Positions 7,284-14,749 of a DNA stretch of 14,749 bases are shown in pieces. Both the position numbers and the translations under genes were made by a program. The stretch spans positions 1 through 14,749 of the forward strand of contig JAWSUI010000079.1 of NCBI GenBank assembly GCA_033551855.1, given 5' to 3'. The first letter of the stretch is position 1; every line of letters starts with the position of its first letter. A model generated the notes under the pieces. It had not been told where the DNA came from and did not search any database. It saw nothing but the letters and a program-made list of their open reading frames with translations. The DNA comes from Deferrisomatales bacterium (GTDB taxonomy: Bacteria > Desulfobacterota > Deferrisomatia > Deferrisomatales > JACRMM01).

Positions 7284-8369
7284 CTACACGCTGAACCGGA
7301 TGTTGAGGATGTCGCCGTCCTGGACCACGTACTCCTTGCCCTCCACCCGCAGGAGCCCCTTGTCCCGGCACGCCGCCTGGCTGCCGGCGGTGACGAAGTC
7401 GTCGTAGGTGACCGTCTCGGCCCGGATGAAGCCCCGCTCCAGGTCGGTGTGGATCGCGCCGGCGGCCTGGGGGGCCTTGGTGCCCCGCCGGACCGTCCAA
7501 GCCCGGCACTCGTCCTCGCCCATGGTGAAGAAGCTGAGGAGGCCCAGGAGGCCGTAGGAGGTCCGGATGATCCGGTCGGTGGCGGGGGTGTCGAGGCCCA
7601 GGTCGTCCAGGAAGGCCCGGGCGTCCTCGGGGGAGAGCCGGGAGATCTCCTCCTCGATCGTCGCGCACAGGTAGGTGACCGCCACCGCCGGGCCGGCCCA
7701 CTTCGCGGCGACCGGCGCGGCGATCTCCTGCCCCCGGGGCATGTCCTCCTCGCCCAGGTTCAGGGCGATCACCAGCGGCTTCTGGGTCAGGAACTGGAAG
7801 CCTTTGAGGGTCCGCGCCTCCTCCTCGGTGAACGCGAGCTCCCGCAGCGGGCGCTCCGCCTCCAGGGCCTCCCGGCAGCGCTCCAGGAGCGCCTTCTCGA
7901 CCTCCAGGGACTTCTCCACCTTCCCCTTCATCTGCTTGGCGATGCGCTCCAGTCGGTTCTCCGTGATGATGAGGTCCGAGAGCAGGAACTCGGTCTGGAG
8001 GATGTCGAGGTCGCGCAGGGGGTTCACCGTCCCCTCGGGGTGGGGGACCTGGTCGCTCTCGAAGGTCCGCACCACCGCCAGGAGCGCGTCGGTGTTCTTG
8101 AGGTGGGTGAGCATCTCACCGGAGAAGCCCTCCTTGCCCGTGCCCTTCTCCACCCCGGCCACGTCCACGTAGCGGATCGTGGCGTGGGTGGTCTTCTTGG
8201 GTTTCCAGATCTCCGAGAGCCGGTCCACGCGCGGGTCGGGGACCCGGCTCACGCCCATGTTCGCCTTTTTCTTGCCCGAGGCGAAGCCGGTCTCGGCCCC
8301 GGCGTGGGTGAGGAGGTTGAAGAGGGTGGTCTTGCCCGAGAGGGCCAGGCCGACGATGCCGATCTCCAT
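7284..8369 (-). CDS. ychF: Redox-regulated ATPase YchF (Obg family)
   Basis: IGIVGLALSGKTTLFNLLT, VPDPRVDRL, DVAG, LTQKP, SFFTMGEDECRAW, APQAAGAIHTDLERGFIRAE, EGKEYVVQDGDILNIRF. RBS AAGGAG. Confidence 0.96.
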   Translation of the reverse strand: MEIGIVGLALSGKTTLFNLLTHAGAETGFASGKKKANMGVSRVPDPRVDRLSEIWKPKKTTHATIRYVDVAGVEKGTGKEGFSGEMLTHLKNTDALLAVVRTFESDQVPHPEGTVNPLRDLDILQTEFLLSDLIITENRLERIAKQMKGKVEKSLEVEKALLERCREALEAERPLRELAFTEEEARTLKGFQFLTQKPLVIALNLGEEDMPRGQEIAAPVAAKWAGPAVAVTYLCATIEEEISRLSPEDARAFLDDLGLDTPATDRIIRTSYGLLGLLSFFTMGEDECRAWTVRRGTKAPQAAGAIHTDLERGFIRAETVTYDDFVTAGSQAACRDKGLLRVEGKEYVVQDGDILNIRFSV

Positions 8370-8402
8370 GGGCAGTGCTCCTTGGGCGGAAAAAGGGGCC
8401 GA

Positions 8403-8432
8403 ACTCTACCCGGGTCGAGCGGGCGCGGGCAA
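8403..8432 (-). promoter_or_regulatory. Putative sigma70 promoter of ychF
   Basis: Minus strand reads TTGCCC-18 nt-TAGAGT. Confidence 0.4.
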
Positions 8433-8592
8433 GGGCAACGCGACCCCTGGGTTCCCCGTCGGTCCGAAGGGCGGCGTTGGGAGCTCCGGGGATGGCCCTG
8501 GGGCAGCCGGCGACGGGTCCTCTGCGACGTCGGATTGGGATGCGCGGACCCGCGACCTGCATGGAGCTTCGATCCCGAGTCACGTCTCGGGA

Positions 8593-8745
8593 GGAGGGTC
8601 GGGGGCCTCCCTGGAGTGCGCCGCAGGCGGCTGTGGCACGACCCCCCGGGATGGGCGACGCCCTGACCTCCCGCGCGAGAATGACCCGGCCTCGTGGCAG
8701 GCTGTCGGGATCCTGCGGCGCCGGAGGGGAGGTCCCCGGCCCTCC
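8593..8745. repeat. Long imperfect intergenic palindrome
   Basis: 8593-8611 pairs with 8727-8745 (17/19, both deviations G-T). 8618-8627 pairs perfectly with 8712-8721. Inner pairs cacga/tcgtg and ccggg/cccgg. Confidence 0.7.
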
Positions 8746-8823
8746 CCATGCCTCGATAAACGGGGGCACGGCCTGGCGGGTCGGGTTGGCCCCCGAGGGC
8801 ATGGGCCGACGCACCGAGTCCCT

Positions 8824-9501
8824 TCACTCTCGTCGTGGGTCGGGCCCTTCCCGCCCCTCCAGGCGGATGTCGTCGTAGTAGGCCACCGCCCGCTCACCCG
8901 TCTGGTCCGTGTCGGTCATCACCGCGACGGCGCCGGCCCGGGGCGGGTCCGTCCCGAAGGCGGCGCGGAAGTCCGCGACGAGGTCCCGGCGCTCCTCCAC
9001 CCACCGGCCCACGTCCCCGGGGCCGCTCCGCACGGCGATCATCATCGCGTTGGCCGTGAAGGGGTTCGGGATCGGGCGATCCACCGGGAAGTCCGTGGCC
9101 CAGATGTAGTTGAGGCTCCGGGTCCTCGGAAAGAACCAGTGGGGGAACACTACGTATAGGCGGGCGGGGTAGTCGTCGCCGGACTTCCGGGTCGGGTCGC
9201 TGGCCTCGACGAGGTTCTCGACCTTCCAGCGCCAGGTGAGGATGGGGTACTCCCGGGGGTCGAAGGAGAGCTCGTAGAAGAGCCCGGAGGCGGTGCCCCG
9301 GCTCTCGGCGCGAAGGACCCGGTTGCCGCCGTCCGAGACCACCTCGTAGAGAGTGTGTCCCTCGAAGGACCGCTCCTTCCACCCCGGGCGGAGGCCCTCC
9401 TCGAAGTCGTCGACCAGGAGCGTGCGAGGGTCCGCCAGTGCGGCGGCGACCGCAAGGGCGAGGAGGGCCGGGAGGAAGAGGAGGGGTCCCATCGGTCCCA
9501 T
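8824..9501 (-). CDS. DUF3047 domain exported protein
   Basis: Signal peptide; PILTWRWKV, KSGDDYPARLYVVF, SLNYIW, WVEERRDLVADF, AVMTDTDQTG, AYYDDI. Confidence 0.88.
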   Translation of the reverse strand: MGPMGPLLFLPALLALAVAAALADPRTLLVDDFEEGLRPGWKERSFEGHTLYEVVSDGGNRVLRAESRGTASGLFYELSFDPREYPILTWRWKVENLVEASDPTRKSGDDYPARLYVVFPHWFFPRTRSLNYIWATDFPVDRPIPNPFTANAMMIAVRSGPGDVGRWVEERRDLVADFRAAFGTDPPRAGAVAVMTDTDQTGERAVAYYDDIRLEGREGPDPRRE

Positions 9502-9522
9502 GACGCTCCACCCCCGGATCTC

Positions 9523-10524
9523 TCACACGGTCTTGGTCCCGCCCTGGAGGATGCGGATGTAGTTGGCCCGCTCGAAGGCCGCCGGGTCGGGGCTCTTCAG
9601 AAGGCTCATGCAGCCGCGCATCTGTGCCACGGATGTATACTCGTGGGCCTCCATCCAGCCGGCGAGCTCGTCGCGTACCTTCTCCAGATGGGCCGGGCCG
9701 TTCTTGAGCAGGGCCGAGACCATCTGGACCCCGTGGGCGCCCGCCATGATCGCCTTGACCGCGTCGGCGGCCGTGTGGACCCCCCCGGTGGCCCCGAGGC
9801 TCATCTTCACGCGGCCCGAGAGGACCGCGAGCCAGCGGAGCCGCGGGAGGAGCTCCGAGGAGTCGGAGAGCCGAAGCTTCGGGATCACCTCCAGGGCCTC
9901 CGGGTCGATGTCGGGCTGGTAGAAGCGGTTGAAGAGCACCAGGCCGTCGGCACCGGCATCGTCGAGCCGCTTCGCCACGTGGGGCAGGGACGAGAAGAAG
10001 GGCGAGAGCTTCACCGCGACCGGGATCGTGACCGCGGCTTTCACCGCCGTGGCCGCCCGCACCACCCGATCCTCAACCGCCGCGCCCGTCTGGCTCGGGT
10101 CGGCGGCCAGGAAGTAGACGTTGAGCTCCAGGGCGTCGGCCCCGGCCTCCTGGCACTGGCGGGCGTAGTCGATCCACCCCCCGTCGGAGACGCCGTTGAG
10201 GGAGGCGATCACCGGAACCCCGGCCGCCTCTTTCACCATGCGGACGTTCTCGAGGTACCGCTCCGGGCCGATCACCCGGTACTCCTCGCGCCGGGGGAAG
10301 TAGGTGAGGGCCTCGGCGAAGGAGCCCTCGGCGGCCTCCACGTCCTGCACTTGGCGAAACTGCTCGTTCGCGATCTGCTCCTCGAAAAGGCTGCGGAGTA
10401 TGAGGGCCGGCGCGCCGGCGTCCTCGAGGCGCTTGACGGTGTCGAGGTCGTCGGTCAGGGGCGAAGCCCCGGGGATGAGCGGGTGGGCGAGCTTCAGCCC
10501 CAGATAGGTGGTGGAGAGATCCAT
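9523..10524 (-). CDS. Dihydroorotate dehydrogenase-like FMN protein of the nifJ-associated type (333 aa)
   Basis: MDLSTTYLGLKLAHPLIPGASPL, SLFEEQI, PVIASLNG, ADALELN, PVAVKLSPFF, VLFNRFYQPDID, ATGGVH, FERANY. RBS AAGGAG before ATG 10524. Confidence 0.92.
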   Translation of the reverse strand: MDLSTTYLGLKLAHPLIPGASPLTDDLDTVKRLEDAGAPALILRSLFEEQIANEQFRQVQDVEAAEGSFAEALTYFPRREEYRVIGPERYLENVRMVKEAAGVPVIASLNGVSDGGWIDYARQCQEAGADALELNVYFLAADPSQTGAAVEDRVVRAATAVKAAVTIPVAVKLSPFFSSLPHVAKRLDDAGADGLVLFNRFYQPDIDPEALEVIPKLRLSDSSELLPRLRWLAVLSGRVKMSLGATGGVHTAADAVKAIMAGAHGVQMVSALLKNGPAHLEKVRDELAGWMEAHEYTSVAQMRGCMSLLKSPDPAAFERANYIRILQGGTKTV

Positions 10525-10574
10525 CAGCGCACTCCTTTTCGATCGCGATCCGGCGAGGGGGCGGAAACGGGGCC

Positions 10575-13500
10575 TCATGTGCTCCCGGAGGTGCCTCCGC
10601 CCACGTGGAGCTTCGCGAGTTGCTCGTAGAGGTTCCACTGGCTCTGCACGCCGGCCTGGGCGCCTTCCAGGAGCGCCTTCGCCCGCTCCGGATCCATGCT
10701 CTGGAGCATCCGGTAGCGGGTCTCCTTGTAGATGTAGTCCTGGAGGTCGATCTTGGGGGCGGCCGAGTCGAGCTGGAGCGGGTTCTTGCCCTGCTCCTTG
10801 AGGCGGGGGTCGAACCGGAAGAGGGGCCAGTGGCCCGAATCCACGGCGAGGCGTTGCTGCTCGGGGCCCTGGGCCAGGTCGTAGCCGTGGGCGATGCAGT
10901 GGCTGTAGGCGATGATGAGGGAGGTTCCCGGGTAGCTCTCCGCCTCGGCAAACGCCCGCACGGTCTGCTGATCCTTGGCGCCGAAGGCTACCTTGGCGAC
11001 GTACACGTGCCCGTAGATCATGGCCATGAGCCCCAGGTCCTTCTTGGCCATCCCCTTGCCGGCGGCTGCGAATTTGGCCGTGGCGCCCATGGGGGTGGAC
11101 TTGGACATCTGCCCGCCGGTGTTGGAGTACACCTCCGTGTCCATGACGAGGATGTTCACGTCGCGGCCCATGGCAAAGACGTGGTCGAGGCCCCCGTAGC
11201 CGATGTCGTAGGCCCACCCGTCGCCCCCGAGGATCCACACGCTCTTCTTCACCAGGTAGTCGGCGAGATCCGTGAGGCGCCGGGCCTCGGAGGAGCGGAG
11301 CTTCTTGATCTTGCCCTTGAGCTCGGCCACCCGTTGACGCTGGGCGGCGATGTTGGCCTCGGACCCCTGGTCGGCGCCGAGGATCGCGGTCACCAGATCG
11401 TCCCCGACCTTCGGCGCGAGGGCTCGGAGGAGCTCGGCGGCCTGCTCCCTGTGCTTGTCCACGGCGAGCCGCATCCCGAAGCCGAACTCGGCGTTGTCCT
11501 CGAAAAGCGAGTTGGACCACACGGGGCCCCGTCCCTCGGCGTTGGCGGCATAGGGCGTTGTGGGCAGGTTGCCCCCGTAGATGGAGGAGCAGCCCGTGGC
11601 GTTGGCGATCATCAGCCGGTCGCCGTAGAGCTGGCTCATGAGCTTGATGTAGGGGGTCTCGCCGCACCCCGCGCAGCAGCCCGAGAACTCGAATAGGGGT
11701 TCCAGGAGCTGGGTGCCCTTGACGTCGGTCTTGACGCTCGCCCGATCCACCAGGGGCAAGGTGAGGAAGAAGTCCCAGTTCGCCCGCTCCGGCTCTCGGA
11801 GCGGGAGCTGGGCCGCCATGTTGATGGCCTTGTGGGAGGGGTTCGTCTTGTCCTTGGCCGGGCAGGTCATGACGCAGACGCGGCACCCGGTGCAGTCTTC
11901 CGGGGCCACCTGGATGGTCCACTTCAGGCCCTTGTGGTCCTTGGCCTTGGCGTCTGCCGACCGAAAGGACTTCGGGGCCCTTCCGAGTAGCTTCGGATCG
12001 TAGACCTTCGCCCGGATCGTGCCGCTGGGGCACACGAACGAGCACTTGCCGCACTGGATGCACACCGCGGGGTCCCAGACCGGGATCTCCTGGGCGATGT
12101 TTCGCTTCTCCCACCGGGTGGTGCCCACGGGCCACGTGCCGTCCACGGGCATCGCGCTCACGGGCAGGTCGTCGCCCTTCAGGGCCATCATGGCGCCCTC
12201 GACGCGCTTGACGAACTCGGGGGCCGCGTCCGAGAGGATCGGCGGCCGGGTGAGCTTCGAGGTCGCCTTGGCCGGCACCGCCACCTCGTGCAGGTTCGCC
12301 AGGGTCTCGTCCACGGCCTCGAAGTTCTGCTTCACGATCGAGGCGCCCTTCTTCCCGTAGGTCTTCTCGATGGAGTACTTGATCTGTCCGATCGCCTCGT
12401 CGCGCGGCAGCACCCCCGAGATGGCGAAGAAGCAGGTCTGCATGATCGTGTTGATGCGGGCGCCCATCCCGGTCTTCTTGGCCACTTCGTAGGCGTCGAT
12501 CACGTAGAACCGGAGCTTCTTGCGGATGATCTGCTCCTGGACCTCCCGGGGCAGCTCCTTCCAGACCTCGCCCGGCCCGTACGGAGCGTTCAGGAGAAAG
12601 ACCGCCCCCGGGGCCGCAAAGTCGAGCACGTCATACTTCTCGAGGAAGTTGTAGGAGTGGCAGGCGACGAAGCTCGCCTTGCGGATCTGGTAGCTCGAGC
12701 GGATGAGCCGCGGCCCGAAGCGCAGGTGGGAAACGGTGACCCCGCCCGACTTCTTCGAATCGTAGACGAAGTAGCCCTGGGCGAAGTTCGGGGTCTCCTC
12801 CCCGATGATCTTGATGGAGTTCTTGTTCGCCCCCACGGTGCCGTCGGCGCCCAGCCCCCAGAACACGCACCGCACGACTTCGGGGGGCTCGATGTCGAAC
12901 TGCGGGTCCACCGCCAGGCTCGTGTGGGTGACGTCGTCCACGATGCCCACGGTGAAGTGGTTCTTGGGCTTTTTCTTCTTGAGCTCGTCCAGGGCCGCCT
13001 TGACCTGGGCCGGGCTGAACTCCTTGGACGAGAGGCCGTAACGGCCCCCCACGACCCGGGTGTCCCCCGCGCGCCCGGCCTCCACGAGGGCCGTGATGAC
13101 GTCTTGGTACAGGGGCTCACCCGCCGCGCCGGGCTCCTTGGTGCGGTCGAGCACCGAGATGGACTTCACGGACTTGGGAAGCGCCTTCGCGAAGTGCTCC
13201 ACCGAGAACGGGCGGAACAGCCGCACCTTCAGGAGCCCCACCTTCTCCCCCTTGCCCACCAGGTGCTCGACGGTCTCGTGGGCCACCTCGGCGCCCGAGC
13301 CCATCATCACCACCACGCGCTCGGCCTTGGGGTGCCCCACGTAGTCGAACAGCCTGTACTTGCGGCCCGTGAGCTTCGCGAACCGGTCCATCGCCTCCTG
13401 CACCTTGCCGGCACAGGCGTCGTAGAAGGGGTTGCAGGCTTCCCGTGACTGGAAGAAGGTGTCCGGGTTCTGGGCCGTGCCCCGGATGCGGGGACGTTCC

Positions 13501-14132
13501 GGGCTGAGAGCCCGCTCCCGGTGGTCACGCACCAGGTCGTCGTCCACCATGGCGAGGAGATCGGCGTTGGTGAGCTCCTCGATCTTCGCCACCTCGTGGG
13601 AGGTGCGAAACCCGTCGAAGAAGTGCAGGAAGGGCACCCGGGCCGCCAGGGTCGCCGCGTGGGCGATGCAGGCGAGATCGTGGGCCTCCTGTACCGAATT
13701 CGAGGAGAGGAGCGCGAAGCCCGTCTGCCGGCAGGCCATCACGTCGGAGTGGTCGCCGAAGATGGAGAGGGCCTGGGCCGCGAGCGTGCGGGCCGTCACG
13801 TGCATGGTGTAGCTCGTGAGCTCCCCGGCGATCTTGTACATGTTGGGGATCATCAGGAGCAGGCCCTGGCTCGCCGTGAAGGTCGTGGTGAGCGCACCGG
13901 CCTGCAGCGCCCCGTGAACGGCGCCGGCCGCCCCCCCTTCGGACTGCATCTCGGTGACCTGGGGGATCGTCCCCCACGCGTTCTTCGCCCCGGCGGCGGA
14001 CCACTCGTCGGAGAACTCGCCCATGGGGGACGAGGGGGTGATGGGGTAGATGGCGATGACCTCACTCAAACGGTGGGCCACCGACGCGGCGGCCTCGTTG
14101 CCGTCCACGGTGATCATGCGGCGGGCGGACAT
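10575..14132 (-). CDS. nifJ: Pyruvate:ferredoxin (flavodoxin) oxidoreductase, single-chain type (1185 aa)
   Basis: YPITPSS, EMQSEGGAAG, GLGADGTVGANKN, two ferredoxin motifs (CIQCGKCSFVCP, CTGCRVCVMTCP), SGCCAGCGETPY and TPP motif GGDGWAYDIG. RBS GAGGAG. Confidence 0.97.
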   Translation of the reverse strand: MSARRMITVDGNEAAASVAHRLSEVIAIYPITPSSPMGEFSDEWSAAGAKNAWGTIPQVTEMQSEGGAAGAVHGALQAGALTTTFTASQGLLLMIPNMYKIAGELTSYTMHVTARTLAAQALSIFGDHSDVMACRQTGFALLSSNSVQEAHDLACIAHAATLAARVPFLHFFDGFRTSHEVAKIEELTNADLLAMVDDDLVRDHRERALSPERPRIRGTAQNPDTFFQSREACNPFYDACAGKVQEAMDRFAKLTGRKYRLFDYVGHPKAERVVVMMGSGAEVAHETVEHLVGKGEKVGLLKVRLFRPFSVEHFAKALPKSVKSISVLDRTKEPGAAGEPLYQDVITALVEAGRAGDTRVVGGRYGLSSKEFSPAQVKAALDELKKKKPKNHFTVGIVDDVTHTSLAVDPQFDIEPPEVVRCVFWGLGADGTVGANKNSIKIIGEETPNFAQGYFVYDSKKSGGVTVSHLRFGPRLIRSSYQIRKASFVACHSYNFLEKYDVLDFAAPGAVFLLNAPYGPGEVWKELPREVQEQIIRKKLRFYVIDAYEVAKKTGMGARINTIMQTCFFAISGVLPRDEAIGQIKYSIEKTYGKKGASIVKQNFEAVDETLANLHEVAVPAKATSKLTRPPILSDAAPEFVKRVEGAMMALKGDDLPVSAMPVDGTWPVGTTRWEKRNIAQEIPVWDPAVCIQCGKCSFVCPSGTIRAKVYDPKLLGRAPKSFRSADAKAKDHKGLKWTIQVAPEDCTGCRVCVMTCPAKDKTNPSHKAINMAAQLPLREPERANWDFFLTLPLVDRASVKTDVKGTQLLEPLFEFSGCCAGCGETPYIKLMSQLYGDRLMIANATGCSSIYGGNLPTTPYAANAEGRGPVWSNSLFEDNAEFGFGMRLAVDKHREQAAELLRALAPKVGDDLVTAILGADQGSEANIAAQRQRVAELKGKIKKLRSSEARRLTDLADYLVKKSVWILGGDGWAYDIGYGGLDHVFAMGRDVNILVMDTEVYSNTGGQMSKSTPMGATAKFAAAGKGMAKKDLGLMAMIYGHVYVAKVAFGAKDQQTVRAFAEAESYPGTSLIIAYSHCIAHGYDLAQGPEQQRLAVDSGHWPLFRFDPRLKEQGKNPLQLDSAAPKIDLQDYIYKETRYRMLQSMDPERAKALLEGAQAGVQSQWNLYEQLAKLHVGGGTSGST

Positions 14133-14250
14133 CGTGCTCCTCCTCCACTCAGTGGGCAGGGGGTCGGGAAACCAAAGGGACGTTCGTGCGGGGGGATGGC
14201 GGGTGAAGCAAGGGGAGCCCCGCCCACCTGCACCGGGTCAGAGCCCACAC

Positions 14251-14305
14251 CTCTTAGCACCCGGCGGCGAATTTAGCAAGAGTGAATGTTTTTAGTTTCG
14301 CTAAA
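14251..14305 (-). promoter_or_regulatory. Putative nifJ promoter with AT-rich upstream inverted repeat
   Basis: Minus strand reads TTGCTA-17 nt-TAAGAG with an extended TG. Adjacent AT-rich tract contains tttag-N5-ctaaa (14291-14305). Confidence 0.4.
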
Positions 14306-14334
14306 GCCAGTTTGGCCTGCGTGCCTCTCGAGCG

Positions 14335-14559
14335 TCAGAGCGATGGGTGGTACGGGGCTCGGTACCAGCCCAGGGCGTCGGCGGCGGAGGGGAAGGACTT
14401 GCGGTGGTTCGCCATCTCGCGCAGGACGCAGAGGCTCTCCTCCCACTGTGCCCCCGCTCGCAGCAGCTCCGCCTGGAGCGGGACCTGGTACTCCCGCACG
14501 GCGCGAGGGAGGGTGTCGTCCGCGGGGAGGCGTTCGAAAGCAGTGGCTCCGTCGGCCAT
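14335..14559 (-). CDS. Small hypothetical protein (74 aa)
   Basis: AAGGAG RBS 6 nt before ATG 14559; ordinary amino-acid composition; upstream promoter-like TTGATG-17-TATAAG. Confidence 0.55.
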   Translation of the reverse strand: MADGATAFERLPADDTLPRAVREYQVPLQAELLRAGAQWEESLCVLREMANHRKSFPSAADALGWYRAPYHPSL

Positions 14560-14622
14560 GGTCATCTCCTTCGCTGGGCCGCCGCCCGGCCCGGGGGGCC
14601 ATGGTTGGGGGGGAAGGACGAC

Positions 14623-14651
14623 CTTATACCCCGGCAAGGCGACGGCATCAA
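14623..14651 (-). promoter_or_regulatory. Putative sigma70 promoter of the small ORF
   Basis: Minus strand reads TTGATG-17 nt-TATAAG. Confidence 0.5.
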
Positions 14652-14667
14652 GGCTGCCCGGCGCACT

Positions 14668-14730
14668 GGAATCCCCACCTGTGAGGAGAGCGGAGCCGGG
14701 GAGCCCCTCCGCTCCGCCCCGCAATCCGCG
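14668..14730. repeat. Third copy of the intergenic repeat family seen at 1148-1327
   Basis: 14691-14730 is 39/40 identical to 1148-1187 and extends 5' in alignment with the reverse complement of 1267-1327. Confidence 0.85.
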
Positions 14731-14749
14731 ATATTCGGACGAGGCGTTG

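Noticed and set aside
7072..8666. ORF 7095..8666 (+) and the upstream part of 6526..7701 (-)
   Set aside because: Shadows of ychF; the lipoprotein starts at ATG 7071 with its own RBS.
10525..12135. 870-aa ORF suggesting a nifJ-DHOD fusion or frameshift
   Set aside because: nifJ is complete in its own frame with a stop at 10575, and the DHOD-like gene has its own RBS and ATG at 10524.
14166..14182. gggaaaccaaagggacg resembling part of a c-di-GMP-I riboswitch
   Set aside because: It is on the strand opposite to nifJ and lacks the tetraloop stem and the second hairpin.
1..14749. CRISPR array, tRNA, transposase or integrase
   Set aside because: No regularly spaced repeats, cloverleaf or recombinase motifs were seen.

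Overview
A high-GC (about 70% by eye) bacterial chromosomal window whose gene set suggests an anaerobic Desulfobacterota/Deferrisoma-like organism; the taxonomy is inferred. In order it carries: a Tat-exported YcbK/DUF882 peptidase, a dodecin, miaB plus a DUF151 nuclease, an ArsM/AS3MT-like methyltransferase missing most of its expected cysteines, and a sigma54-type promoter followed by a ~210-nt highly base-paired segment and a PAS protein with a Cys-rich tail. Next come a damaged two-gene cassette (lipoprotein with an in-frame amber codon plus a truncated PLC/P1-nuclease-fold protein) spanning a ~50% GC patch, ychF, a nifJ-type pyruvate:ferredoxin oxidoreductase / DHOD-like flavoprotein / DUF3047 cluster, and a small hypothetical ORF. 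Intergenic regions hold several long palindromes, including a repeat family with three copies. No CRISPR array, tRNA/rRNA or transposase was recognised. All family calls come from motifs read by eye, not from database searches.
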